Shown: positions 55,587 through 64,000 of the stretch, one piece after another
How the letters are laid out: each line of letters begins with the position of its first letter
Numbering within the stretch: the first letter of the stretch is position 1
Origin: Bacteroidales bacterium
GTDB taxonomy: Bacteria; Bacteroidota; Bacteroidia; Bacteroidales; UBA1715
Length of the DNA stretch: 64,000 nt
Assembly (NCBI GenBank): GCA_046482735.1
Contig: JAWOEL010000080.1
Coordinates: 2,124 to 66,123 of the forward strand
Direction of reading: 5' to 3'
Notes under the pieces: model-generated
Seen by the model: the letters and a program-made list of their open reading frames with translations, nothing else
Told to the model about the DNA's origin: nothing
Database searches by the model: none
Made by a program: the position numbers and the translations under genes

Positions 55587-56809
55587 TGTTCTTGTTTTTT
55601 TAATGAGTTTTCTGATTCAATTTTTCTGCTCACGCCTAAAATTATGCCAAAAGAAATGCTTGTTGTCAATAACGACGAAGCTCCATGACTAATTATTGGT
55701 AATGGTTGTCCTGTTGCGGGGAGCAGATTTACCGCAACGCCCATATGTATAAATGCTTGAAAAACTAAACTAAATGTTAAACCTATTACTAATAAAGCCG
55801 GAAATGTGTAATTGCATTTTCTAACTATAAATGCTGCCCGGTATAGAATTACTAAGTAGAGTAATATAATAACAATACCACCAAACAGTCCGTAATCTTC
55901 TATAATAATTGCATATATAAAATCGCAATATGCTTGTGATAAACGGTATTTTTGATTGCTGTTTCCCGGTGCTTTACCAATAATACCTCCTTCTGCTATT
56001 GCTATTTTTGCTTGGGTAACCTGATAGTTGTCTATTTTTTTAATGAGTTCTTGCCCTTTATTTTCATCATATCCGGAGGCGTATGGAGCTAGTTCGGGGA
56101 CAAAACTTACAATTCTGTTTTGCCATGTATATCCTCGGTTAAACAATTCAGGATTTTTGAAAATAATAGTTCCCATTACCAATACCATCACAAGCCCCGA
56201 GCCTGTAAGTATAAGTATATGTTTTGCCGGTACTCTGCCAATTATGAGTAGTATAAATACTGTCATAATTATGAAAAAGGAGGTTGAGAAATTAGATATG
56301 AGAATCATGCTGCTTATCAATGCTGTTATTATCAGTATTGGGTAAAGTGCTTTTTTGGGATTATGTAAATTATTTTGATGTATAGAAAGTGTTTTTGTGA
56401 TGTATATTATAAGTGCTATTTTGGCAAATTCGCTCGGTTGAAATTGTATGCCAATGCCGGGAATTTGAATCCATCTGCTTGCATCGTTTGCACTAACAGC
56501 AAATGCACTGGAAAATGTGAGTGCTAAAAATAAAACAGCACATAATACCAAAAGATTTGCTAGTTTATATATCAGAATATAATCTATTTTATGAACCAAA
56601 AAGGCAATAGAAATTCCCACAGAAAGCGTTAAGGCTTGCTTTATTAAATATGACGTGGTATTGTTTTCGTTTCCGTTTATTGCGATAAGGCTTATTGACC
56701 CATACACTGCAATCAACGAAATAATAGACAGTAAAAACAATATGCGCCAAATAACTTTGTCGCCTTTAAACTGCGTTTTGAAAAATTCTATGATAGATGA
56801 TATGTTCAT
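55583..56809 (-). CDS. ftsW: SEDS-family peptidoglycan glycosyltransferase FtsW
   Basis: Polytopic FtsW/RodA/SpoVE family protein (QPSEFAKI, LPATGQPLPIISHGASS), in the expected dcw position. Confidence 0.88.
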   Translation of the reverse strand: MNISSIIEFFKTQFKGDKVIWRILFLLSIISLIAVYGSISLIAINGNENNTTSYLIKQALTLSVGISIAFLVHKIDYILIYKLANLLVLCAVLFLALTFSSAFAVSANDASRWIQIPGIGIQFQPSEFAKIALIIYITKTLSIHQNNLHNPKKALYPILIITALISSMILISNFSTSFFIIMTVFILLIIGRVPAKHILILTGSGLVMVLVMGTIIFKNPELFNRGYTWQNRIVSFVPELAPYASGYDENKGQELIKKIDNYQVTQAKIAIAEGGIIGKAPGNSNQKYRLSQAYCDFIYAIIIEDYGLFGGIVIILLYLVILYRAAFIVRKCNYTFPALLVIGLTFSLVFQAFIHMGVAVNLLPATGQPLPIISHGASSLLTTSISFGIILGVSRKIESENSLKKQEQ

Positions 56810-58155
56810 AAATTTCGTGCTTCTTCTTTAAATTGGTTTCCGCGATCTGTGTAGCTTGTGAATAAATCAAAACTTGCACATGCCGGAGAAAGTAATACAG
56901 TATTCCCTTTGTCTGCAATATTATATGCAGCTTGTACAGCATCTTTCATACTTGTTGTTTCGACTACTGTGGGTATTTTGTCAGAAAATGCTTCAATAAG
57001 TTTACTATTGTCCTTACCCAAACAAATGAGAGCTTTTACTTTTTTTCGGGCTAAATCAAACAATTGACTATAGTCATTCCCTTTGTCTGTTCCGCCAGCT
57101 ATCCACACTACCTCGTTTTCCATGCATTCAAGTGCGTACCAGGTTGAATTTACGTTTGTTGCTTTTGAGTCGTTTATAAATTCTATACCCCGAACCGTAA
57201 AACTGAGTTTTTCGAGCCGGTGTTCAACTCCTTGAAAATCTTCGAGACTTTTACGAATTTCTTCGTTTTTTATGTCTACAATTTTTGCAGTTATTGTTGC
57301 AGCCATTGTATTTCCGTAGTTGTGTTTTCCTTGTAGTAACATATTGTTTGTGTTTAAGGTACATGATTCTTTATTCGGTAATGAAATTATAATATCAGTA
57401 TCTTGTATATATCCGTTGTTTTTTGTGTTTGCATCTGTCGTGTACGTATATTGTTTGGGGAGAACAGTTCTGTTTTGTACTTCCTGAATTATAGTTTCGT
57501 CGTCGTTGCAGTATATGAAACAGTCTTCTTGTTTCATGTTTTGCAAAATGCGAAACTTTGATTCCATGTATTTTTGAAATGAATGTTCATATCTATCTAA
57601 ATGATCAGGAGTTATATTTAGCAGAATGGCAATGTCTGCTTTGAAAGAGTACATGTTGTCTAATTGAAAGCTGCTGATTTCTAATACATAAAAATCATAT
57701 TGTTTTTCTGCTACCTGATATGCGAAACTTGTGCCAACGTTTCCGGCCAAACCAACATTCAAATTTGCTTGTTTGAGCAGGTGATAGGTGAGCAGTGCGG
57801 TGGTTGTTTTGCCGTTGCTACCCGTAATACAAATTAATTGTGCTTGTGTATAGCGAGCGGCAAATTCTAATTCCGAAATAACAGGAATTTCTAATTCAAT
57901 AGCTTGTTGTATAATTGTTTGAGTATCCGGAATACCTGGACTTTTTATAATTTCGTGTGCAGATAATATACTATTAGTGTCGTGTGTGCCTGCTTCGTAT
58001 GGAATAGCATGTTCTTCCAGCATTTTTTTATACTGAGGTTTGATTGTTCCGGAATCGGACACAAAAACAGATATACCTTTGCGTTGAGCAAGGATAGCTG
58101 AACCAACACCACTTTCACCGGCACCTAAAATTACTATAGTATATTTGTTCTGCAT
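56806..58155 (-). CDS. murD: UDP-N-acetylmuramoylalanine--D-glutamate ligase
   Basis: ILGAGESGVG and GSNGKTTT motifs. I placed the start at MQNKYTIVILG (58155), 2 nt after the mraY stop. The track start at 58215 would overlap mraY. Confidence 0.9.
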   Translation of the reverse strand: MQNKYTIVILGAGESGVGSAILAQRKGISVFVSDSGTIKPQYKKMLEEHAIPYEAGTHDTNSILSAHEIIKSPGIPDTQTIIQQAIELEIPVISELEFAARYTQAQLICITGSNGKTTTALLTYHLLKQANLNVGLAGNVGTSFAYQVAEKQYDFYVLEISSFQLDNMYSFKADIAILLNITPDHLDRYEHSFQKYMESKFRILQNMKQEDCFIYCNDDETIIQEVQNRTVLPKQYTYTTDANTKNNGYIQDTDIIISLPNKESCTLNTNNMLLQGKHNYGNTMAATITAKIVDIKNEEIRKSLEDFQGVEHRLEKLSFTVRGIEFINDSKATNVNSTWYALECMENEVVWIAGGTDKGNDYSQLFDLARKKVKALICLGKDNSKLIEAFSDKIPTVVETTSMKDAVQAAYNIADKGNTVLLSPACASFDLFTSYTDRGNQFKEEARNL

Positions 58156-58157
58156 AA

Positions 58158-59405
58158 TTATCTTATTTTTAGTGTTATAAGTGTAGCTGCTGCTAGAATT
58201 AAACCGATAATCCAAAACCGAGCAACAATTTTAGCTTCAGGAACACCCTTTTTTTGATAATGATGATGTAAGGGAGACATTAAAAATATTCGTTTTCCTA
58301 CACCATATTTGTGTTTTGTATATTTAAAATAGCTTACTTGAAGTATAACAGATAAACTTTCCATAAGAAAGATTCCGCATAAAATAGGTATTAATAATTC
58401 TTTACGAATGAGAATTGCAAAAACAGCAATAATGCCCCCAAGCGTTAAACTACCCGTATCTCCCATGAAAATTTGTGCAGGAAATGAGTTGTACCACCAA
58501 AATCCTATTGTAGCACCAATAAGTGCACTGGCAAATACTACCAGTTCGCCCGAGTGTGGTATGTACATAATGTTTAGATAGTCTGAGTAAATAATATGCC
58601 CCGATAAATATGCAAGAATTCCCAGCACAACGCCTACAATAGCTGTAGTTCCCGTAGCCAAACCATCGAGCCCATCTGTTAAGTTTACCCCGTTTGAAAC
58701 AGATGTGGTAATAAGAATTACAAAAAACACAAATACTATCCAACCCCATGTTTGGGCTTGCTCACCTAGAAAGTTTACAAAATATTTATAATCAAATTCA
58801 TTGTTTTTTAAAAATGGAATAGTTGTTTTGGTTGACTTATGTCCATAATTTTTAGCATAATTTGTTTCGGTAACATCTTTTGAATAATATGATGATTGCT
58901 CATCAATAGATTGGGGTTTTGAATTGTTTTCGACAACTACCACATCGTTATGAAAATAGAGCGTGAGACCAACAATTAATCCCAGGAATATTTGTCCTAG
59001 TATTTTATATTTTCCGGGTAATCCCTCTTTATTTTTTTTAAATACTTTAATGTAATCGTCTGTATATCCTAAAAAGCCAAACCAAACAGTCGTAAATAAC
59101 ATTAATAGAATATATACATTAGTAAGTTTTGCAAACAATAGTGTGGGAATAATGATGGCAATTACAATAAGAATTCCCCCCATAGTAGGTGTTCCTTTTT
59201 TCTCCATTTGTCCTTGTAATCCGAGGTCACGGACAATCTCCCCAATTTGTTTTTTTTGTAAATATCTAATGATTGATTTACCAAACAAAATAGAGATAAG
59301 GAGCGACGTTATAAAAGCTGCACCCGAACGAAACGAAATATACTCAAACAATCCCGCACCGGGTATGTTATATGATTCAAGTAATGAAAATAAATAATAA
59401 AACAT
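58158..59405 (-). CDS. mraY: phospho-N-acetylmuramoyl-pentapeptide-transferase
   Basis: Polytopic protein with [17 protein letters not shown] and MGDTGSL motifs. Confidence 0.94.
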   Translation of the reverse strand: MFYYLFSLLESYNIPGAGLFEYISFRSGAAFITSLLISILFGKSIIRYLQKKQIGEIVRDLGLQGQMEKKGTPTMGGILIVIAIIIPTLLFAKLTNVYILLMLFTTVWFGFLGYTDDYIKVFKKNKEGLPGKYKILGQIFLGLIVGLTLYFHNDVVVVENNSKPQSIDEQSSYYSKDVTETNYAKNYGHKSTKTTIPFLKNNEFDYKYFVNFLGEQAQTWGWIVFVFFVILITTSVSNGVNLTDGLDGLATGTTAIVGVVLGILAYLSGHIIYSDYLNIMYIPHSGELVVFASALIGATIGFWWYNSFPAQIFMGDTGSLTLGGIIAVFAILIRKELLIPILCGIFLMESLSVILQVSYFKYTKHKYGVGKRIFLMSPLHHHYQKKGVPEAKIVARFWIIGLILAAATLITLKIR

Positions 59406-59409
59406 ATAG

Positions 59410-60867
59410 CTATAGTTTAAAAATTTCTTTAATTATTTCTCTATCATCAAAATGGTTTGTAACTCCTTTTACCTCTTGATATGTTTCGTGTCCTTTTCCT
59501 GCAACAACTATGAGGTCTCCTTTTTTTGCCAATAAAATTGCTGTTTTAATAGCTTCTTTTCTGTCGAGTATACACAGTACCGAAGCACGTGCGTGTTCAT
59601 CAATCCCCTCTAGCATGTTATTAGCAATATCTTGAGGTTCTTCACTTCGTGGATTGTCGGCAGTTATAATTACTCTGTTACTATATGAAGACGCTATTTT
59701 TCCCATAAGAGGACGTTTTGTTTTGTCTCGGTCTCCTCCGGCACCAACTACAGTTATTAGTTCTGTTTCTCCTTTACATTGTTGTTTGAGAGTGCGTAAA
59801 ATGTTTTCTAATGCATCTGGAGTATGAGCATAATCTACAATAGCAGTTTTTCCATCCGTGCTTTTAAAAAATTCCAGTCTGCCATCTGCTGGCGAAAGAG
59901 AACTGATTGCCTGAAGTATTTTTTCATGTGATTCTCCCATGATTTTTGCTGTTGCATATACAGCTGTTATATTGTATGCATTAAATGAACCAATAAATTT
60001 TGTCCATACTTCAGTTCCATCTATTTGTAGTAGCATACCGTCAGTATGCATTTCCATAATTTTACATTTAAAATCAGAATATGACTTGAGAGAGTATGTG
60101 TATATTTCTCCCAGCGTGTTTTGCACCATAGTCATTCCGTTTTTGTCATCATTGTTTGTGAGTGCAAAAGCCGAAGAATTCAGATTGTCGAAAAATACTT
60201 TTTTTGCGTGTATATATGCTGCAAATGTTTTGTGATAGTCTAAATGATCTTGCGTAATATTAGAAAAGAGTGCTCCGGAAAACTGTATACCACTTATCCG
60301 GTTTTGATGTAATGCATGAGAGCTAACTTCCATAAAACAATGAGAGCATCCTGCTTGTTGCATGTGGTGAAGAAGTGCATACAGCTGAATTATATCGGGT
60401 GTTGTGTGTGTGGCGGGTATTTCTTTTGTGCCGATTACATTTCGTACAGTAGAAAGTAGTCCGCATGTATATCCCAATTGAGAAAAAACTTTATGTAGCA
60501 GGCTTACGCTTGTTGTTTTTCCATTTGTACCTGTAATGCCTATTACTTGTAATTTAGAAAAATTAATATCGTACCAATTTGTGAGAATTTTTCCACATGC
60601 CTCAATAGAGTTTTTTACTTGAATATAACATACATGAGGATGTGTGGTTGAGGGTAATTTTTCGCATACTACAGCACTTGCACCTTGTTTTATGGCCTGT
60701 TCTATAAAAGAGTGCCCATCAACAGATACTCCTTTGTATGCTATAAAAAGCATATTGTCTTGTATGTTACGAGAATTTGTATGAATATCGTCTATATCAA
60801 TATGTGTTTCGCCCACAATTGAAATTGTAGAGATATTATGTATTATCTGTACTAGTTGTTTTTTCAT
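59410..60867 (-). CDS. murE: UDP-N-acetylmuramoyl-L-alanyl-D-glutamate--2,6-diaminopimelate ligase
   Basis: GTNGKTT P-loop and the DNPR motif (TADNPRSE) associated with DAP-adding MurE. Confidence 0.92.
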   Translation of the reverse strand: MKKQLVQIIHNISTISIVGETHIDIDDIHTNSRNIQDNMLFIAYKGVSVDGHSFIEQAIKQGASAVVCEKLPSTTHPHVCYIQVKNSIEACGKILTNWYDINFSKLQVIGITGTNGKTTSVSLLHKVFSQLGYTCGLLSTVRNVIGTKEIPATHTTPDIIQLYALLHHMQQAGCSHCFMEVSSHALHQNRISGIQFSGALFSNITQDHLDYHKTFAAYIHAKKVFFDNLNSSAFALTNNDDKNGMTMVQNTLGEIYTYSLKSYSDFKCKIMEMHTDGMLLQIDGTEVWTKFIGSFNAYNITAVYATAKIMGESHEKILQAISSLSPADGRLEFFKSTDGKTAIVDYAHTPDALENILRTLKQQCKGETELITVVGAGGDRDKTKRPLMGKIASSYSNRVIITADNPRSEEPQDIANNMLEGIDEHARASVLCILDRKEAIKTAILLAKKGDLIVVAGKGHETYQEVKGVTNHFDDREIIKEIFKL

Positions 60868-62975
60868 TATTTTAATTCAATTACAATTGTTTCACCTTTT
60901 TTGACTGTTTTACCTTTTTTAATAGATTGTTTCCGAACGTGTCCGTAACCTTTTATTTTTGTTTTAAGTCCAATGTTTTCTGCTAAATAAACAGCATCTT
61001 TTCCACTCATGCCATAAAAATTAGGCACCGTTTCTCCGTCAATAATAATTGGTTGAGCACGTATGCTATCTTCTTGTATAGTTGGGTATGTCCAATTACT
61101 CAAAGGAGGTTTTGAAGCTGGCAAATTCAGATATGAAAAAGCCTTTACCAAATCTGGCGTATAGCCCTTAGAAATATGCGGGAGATTCATAATATTGCTG
61201 GTATCTGTTGCAAGTTGATTCCGTAGTTCATGGTCGGAAAAATAGATTCTGTCGGAAATTTTCCGAAAAACCTCTGCAGCCGTGATACCGGAAATTCGGT
61301 ACGGATCGTGAGGTAAGGCAGATTGCATAACAATTATGCAGGAATATTTTGGGTTGTTAGCCGGGAAATATCCGCAAAAGGATCCACGTAATATTTCGAC
61401 ATTATATTTGTTTTTTATAATGGTTTGTGCGGTTCCCGTTTTGCCGGCAATAGAATAATATGAGTTTTTAATTGATTTTGCAGTTCCTGTTTCCACAACT
61501 GCTTCTAGCAGAGTGTGAGCTTTTTCTAAAGTTTGTGAGCTTACAATAGCATTGTTTGTAATGTTTGATTTTTTTCTTTCTATAATACGAGTTCCGTTTT
61601 GTATATATTTCAATAAATGGGGTTCAACTCTTTCACCATTGTTTGCTATAGCATTGTAATAGGTTAAAATTTGCATCGGAGTTAACTCAATTTCATACCC
61701 GTAAGCCATAGATATAGGGGTGGTTTTGTACCATTTTAGGTAGTCGTTTTCGGTAGTCATACTCGGGTCTTTAACCAAAGGTTTTCGTTCTTTGTTGAGG
61801 TCAATCCCCGATAACTTATTAAGCCCCATTGCCTGAAGGCGAGTAATGTAATTCCATTCTTTTTTGGGATGTAAATAATGCGCATGAATAATTTTAGACA
61901 TGCCAACATTTGATGATTTTGCAAAAACATCTTTTACTGACAGTTTGCCAAATCCGCCAGATGTGTGATAATTCCAGTCAACAACGTTATGACCATAAAA
62001 CCTTGTTTTACCGTTTTCTGTTTCAATGCTGTCATCCAAAGAGATGAGTCCATCCTCCAATGCTGCAAGTAAATTAGGTAATTTAATTGTAGAGCCGGGG
62101 TCGGTGCGGTAATCAACAGCATAATTTACCTGTTCTGAGTATATAGTATCCGAATTTTGCATATCGCGAGACAAGTTGCTGATAGCGAGCACTTCTCCGG
62201 TTTCTACTTCCATTACAATAGCACATCCCCATTTCGCTTTATATTTCTGAAGAGCAAGGTTAAGTTCTTCGGTTGTTATAGATTGTATTTCACTATGAAT
62301 AGTGGTAACTATATCATATCCTTTTATATTTTGACCGGATATCTCAACAGTTGTATTTTTTCCGTATAATTCGTTGTCGTAATGAAGTTCCAGACCTGTG
62401 GAGCCATGCATCGAACCTTTTCTAAGAAGTCCAATAGTTCTGCGTGCCAGATTTCCATACGGATATACTCTGCTATTATAAGTGTCTACAATAATTCCGC
62501 CTTTGTATGGACCATATTTTAAAATAGGTAATTTTTTTACTTTTTGGAGCGTATTATAATTTATAGGACGTCTGTGTAATCGTAAAAACGTTTTTTTGCG
62601 AGCAGTAGAATGTAGCTCTTTTAAATATTGAGCTTTTGATTTTCCTTCGTGAGCAAATATTCTGGATAAGCCTGAGGCAAGCTCATTCACATGATTTTTA
62701 AATAATGTGTCACTTTTTGCAAATGCAGGAATTCTGTAATCGAAATATACAACGTATTCGGGAACCGAACAAGCTAATAGTTTTTTGTCTTGAGAAAAAA
62801 TATCGCCTCGCATTGGTTTTTGCATATCACTTTTTTTCAGTTTTTTTGTGTATTTTTCTATATTTTCATCAAAGAACTGTATGTGTATAATCTTCCCAAT
62901 TACTCCTATTCCAAATAGAAATATTAAAATGTATACGACACTCACACGTAATATTATGTCTTGTTTAATGTCCAT
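60867..62975 (-). CDS. ftsI: division-specific class B penicillin-binding protein (FtsI/PBP3-like) with C-terminal PASTA domain
   Basis: N-terminal TM helix, transpeptidase motifs STIK, SSN and KTGTA, and a C-terminal PASTA-like segment (PNFYGMSGKDAVYLAENIGLK). Confidence 0.88.
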   Translation of the reverse strand: MDIKQDIILRVSVVYILIFLFGIGVIGKIIHIQFFDENIEKYTKKLKKSDMQKPMRGDIFSQDKKLLACSVPEYVVYFDYRIPAFAKSDTLFKNHVNELASGLSRIFAHEGKSKAQYLKELHSTARKKTFLRLHRRPINYNTLQKVKKLPILKYGPYKGGIIVDTYNSRVYPYGNLARRTIGLLRKGSMHGSTGLELHYDNELYGKNTTVEISGQNIKGYDIVTTIHSEIQSITTEELNLALQKYKAKWGCAIVMEVETGEVLAISNLSRDMQNSDTIYSEQVNYAVDYRTDPGSTIKLPNLLAALEDGLISLDDSIETENGKTRFYGHNVVDWNYHTSGGFGKLSVKDVFAKSSNVGMSKIIHAHYLHPKKEWNYITRLQAMGLNKLSGIDLNKERKPLVKDPSMTTENDYLKWYKTTPISMAYGYEIELTPMQILTYYNAIANNGERVEPHLLKYIQNGTRIIERKKSNITNNAIVSSQTLEKAHTLLEAVVETGTAKSIKNSYYSIAGKTGTAQTIIKNKYNVEILRGSFCGYFPANNPKYSCIIVMQSALPHDPYRISGITAAEVFRKISDRIYFSDHELRNQLATDTSNIMNLPHISKGYTPDLVKAFSYLNLPASKPPLSNWTYPTIQEDSIRAQPIIIDGETVPNFYGMSGKDAVYLAENIGLKTKIKGYGHVRKQSIKKGKTVKKGETIVIELK

Positions 62976-63348
62976 GTGTTGAAATAGTGTATGGAGGTTT
63001 TGACAATTCTTTTAATTTAAGTCTTTGATTTTGTATTTCTTTTTGTACTGATGTAAATTTCTTTTTTTCAATTAATTCTGCCTGACTTGACACATAATTT
63101 GCTCTGAGTTCTTTAATTTCGTGGCGGAGTTTTCGGTTTTCGTTTGTAACTGTGTGAGCCTGATACCCATTGCCGATGTATACAATAATGAGTAAAATAA
63201 CGAATAGAATGAAAAATATGTGTTTTTCAAAATCTATATTCGAAATCATATCACCGGCAATAACATTTATAAATTTCCTCCCATATGATTGTTTAGAGGA
63301 GTTTTTGTTTTTTTTGCTTTTTTGTTCAGTGTCTGGTATTGTTTTCAT
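62965..63348 (-). CDS. ftsL: FtsL-like small bitopic division protein
   Basis: A 127-aa protein with a single TM helix followed by a coiled-coil-like region, positioned between rsmH and ftsI. Confidence 0.5.
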   Translation of the reverse strand: MKTIPDTEQKSKKNKNSSKQSYGRKFINVIAGDMISNIDFEKHIFFILFVILLIIVYIGNGYQAHTVTNENRKLRHEIKELRANYVSSQAELIEKKKFTSVQKEIQNQRLKLKELSKPPYTISTHGH

Positions 63349-63351
63349 ACA

Positions 63352-64000
63352 CTATTTTTTTTCTGCAATTCGCAATTTTGCACTTCGTGCTCTGTTGTTT
63401 GTTGCAAGCTCTTCTTCAGAAGGAGTTATAATTTTTTTGGAAATAACCGTAAATGGTGTTTGAATATTTCCGTAAAAATCTTTTTCAACAAAGCCATTTG
63501 TATTTCCGGATTTAAAGAAATTTTTAACAATTCGATCTTCCAGAGAATGATATGTTATTATAACAAATCTTCCTCCGGGCTTTAACACATCTGTGCCGGT
63601 GCGTAAAAAACGTTTTAGGTATTCAATTTCATTGTTTACCTCTATTCGTAATGCTTGAAAAATTTGTGATAGATACTTATTGTGTTGATGAGGTTTACAA
63701 AAAAGCAATCCAATTTCCCGTAAGTCGTGTGTGGTTTGTATTTCGTTGTTCTCACGCACAGCACATATTTTTTGAGCAAGTTTATATGCATTTTTAATTT
63801 CCCCATACTCTTTCAATACGGTGCATAACTCTTGTTGTGAATAAGTATTAACAATAGTACGAGCAGTAAGAGAAGAGCGGGTATTCATTCGCATATCCAA
63901 ATCACCATCGAACCGAAAAGCAAACCCTCTTGTTGGTTCATTCAAATGATGAGATGAGACCCCCAAATCAGCTAATATACCGTCAACAAAATCGATGTTG
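63352..64000 (-). CDS. rsmH: 16S rRNA (cytosine1402-N4)-methyltransferase RsmH/MraW, C-terminal part (5' end outside window)
   Basis: The GGRFVIITYHSLEDRIVKNFF and NPRARSAKLRIAEK-like motifs are present. The reading frame continues open to the right edge of the window, so the Met at 63966 is internal. Confidence 0.9.
   Translation of the reverse strand, partial: NIDFVDGILADLGVSSHHLNEPTRGFAFRFDGDLDMRMNTRSSLTARTIVNTYSQQELCTVLKEYGEIKNAYKLAQKICAVRENNEIQTTHDLREIGLLFCKPHQHNKYLSQIFQALRIEVNNEIEYLKRFLRTGTDVLKPGGRFVIITYHSLEDRIVKNFFKSGNTNGFVEKDFYGNIQTPFTVISKKIITPSEEELATNNRARSAKLRIAEKK

Noticed and set aside
58156-58215. A 20-codon extension of murD overlaps the mraY 3' end.
   Set aside because: The MQNKYTIVILGAGESGVG start at 58155 sits immediately before the dinucleotide-binding motif and leaves a 2-nt gap to mraY. 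The extension is Ser/Asn-rich with no similarity to MurD.
58158-60867. There is no murF gene between murE and mraY in the dcw cluster.
   Set aside because: As far as I know this is the normal arrangement in Bacteroidota, where murF is encoded elsewhere. It is not a deletion or anomaly specific to this window.

Overview
This is a low-GC, tightly packed chromosomal segment that looks like Bacteroidota. The assignment is an inference from T9SS-type C-terminal sorting domains, a GldH-like lipoprotein, TAnnTTTG -7 promoter boxes, an NQR operon and a dcw cluster lacking murF. I support about 50 protein genes.

Housekeeping content:
- nqrFEDCBA on the minus strand (1.6-7.5 kb), preceded by a HAD phosphatase and a truncated membrane protein
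- a radical-SAM MqnE/MqnC-like gene and a PAP2 phosphatase
- rpsO-pnp, each with a clear terminator
- a TPR/beta-propeller OmpA protein, fabG, gdhA and an XRE-cupin regulator
- lpxB, surE, pheT and trmB
- a gldH-like gene, a PSP1/RicT-like gene and holB
- purF
- a complete Bacteroidota-style division/cell-wall cluster, rsmH-ftsL-ftsI-murE-mraY-murD-ftsW-murG-murC-ftsQ-ftsA-ftsZ (49.4-64 kb, minus strand)

Accessory or unusual content:
- a 1266-aa GH9 multidomain glycoside hydrolase
- a beta-propeller/Y_Y_Y sensor fused to a PP2C phosphatase and translationally coupled to a 926-aa secreted S1-type protease with a T9SS tail
- a Hanks-type kinase homologue whose catalytic Asp is replaced (predicted pseudokinase)
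- a membrane protein with a degenerate histidine-kinase core and an intact receiver domain

The most unusual stretch is the roughly 1.8-kb islet between a metallophosphoesterase gene and ftsZ (47.65-49.42 kb). It holds a Cys-rich hypothetical gene, a three-repeat mini-CRISPR array with no cas genes anywhere in the window, and, directly abutting it, two tandem ~217-nt units. Each unit carries conserved hairpins, one of which shows a compensatory base-pair change between units. One of those hairpins recurs a third time at 47.66 kb on the other side of the hypothetical gene.

I saw no rRNA, tRNA, transposase or integrase genes. All calls rest on motif reading of the supplied ORF translations and hand inspection of the DNA; no database search was possible.
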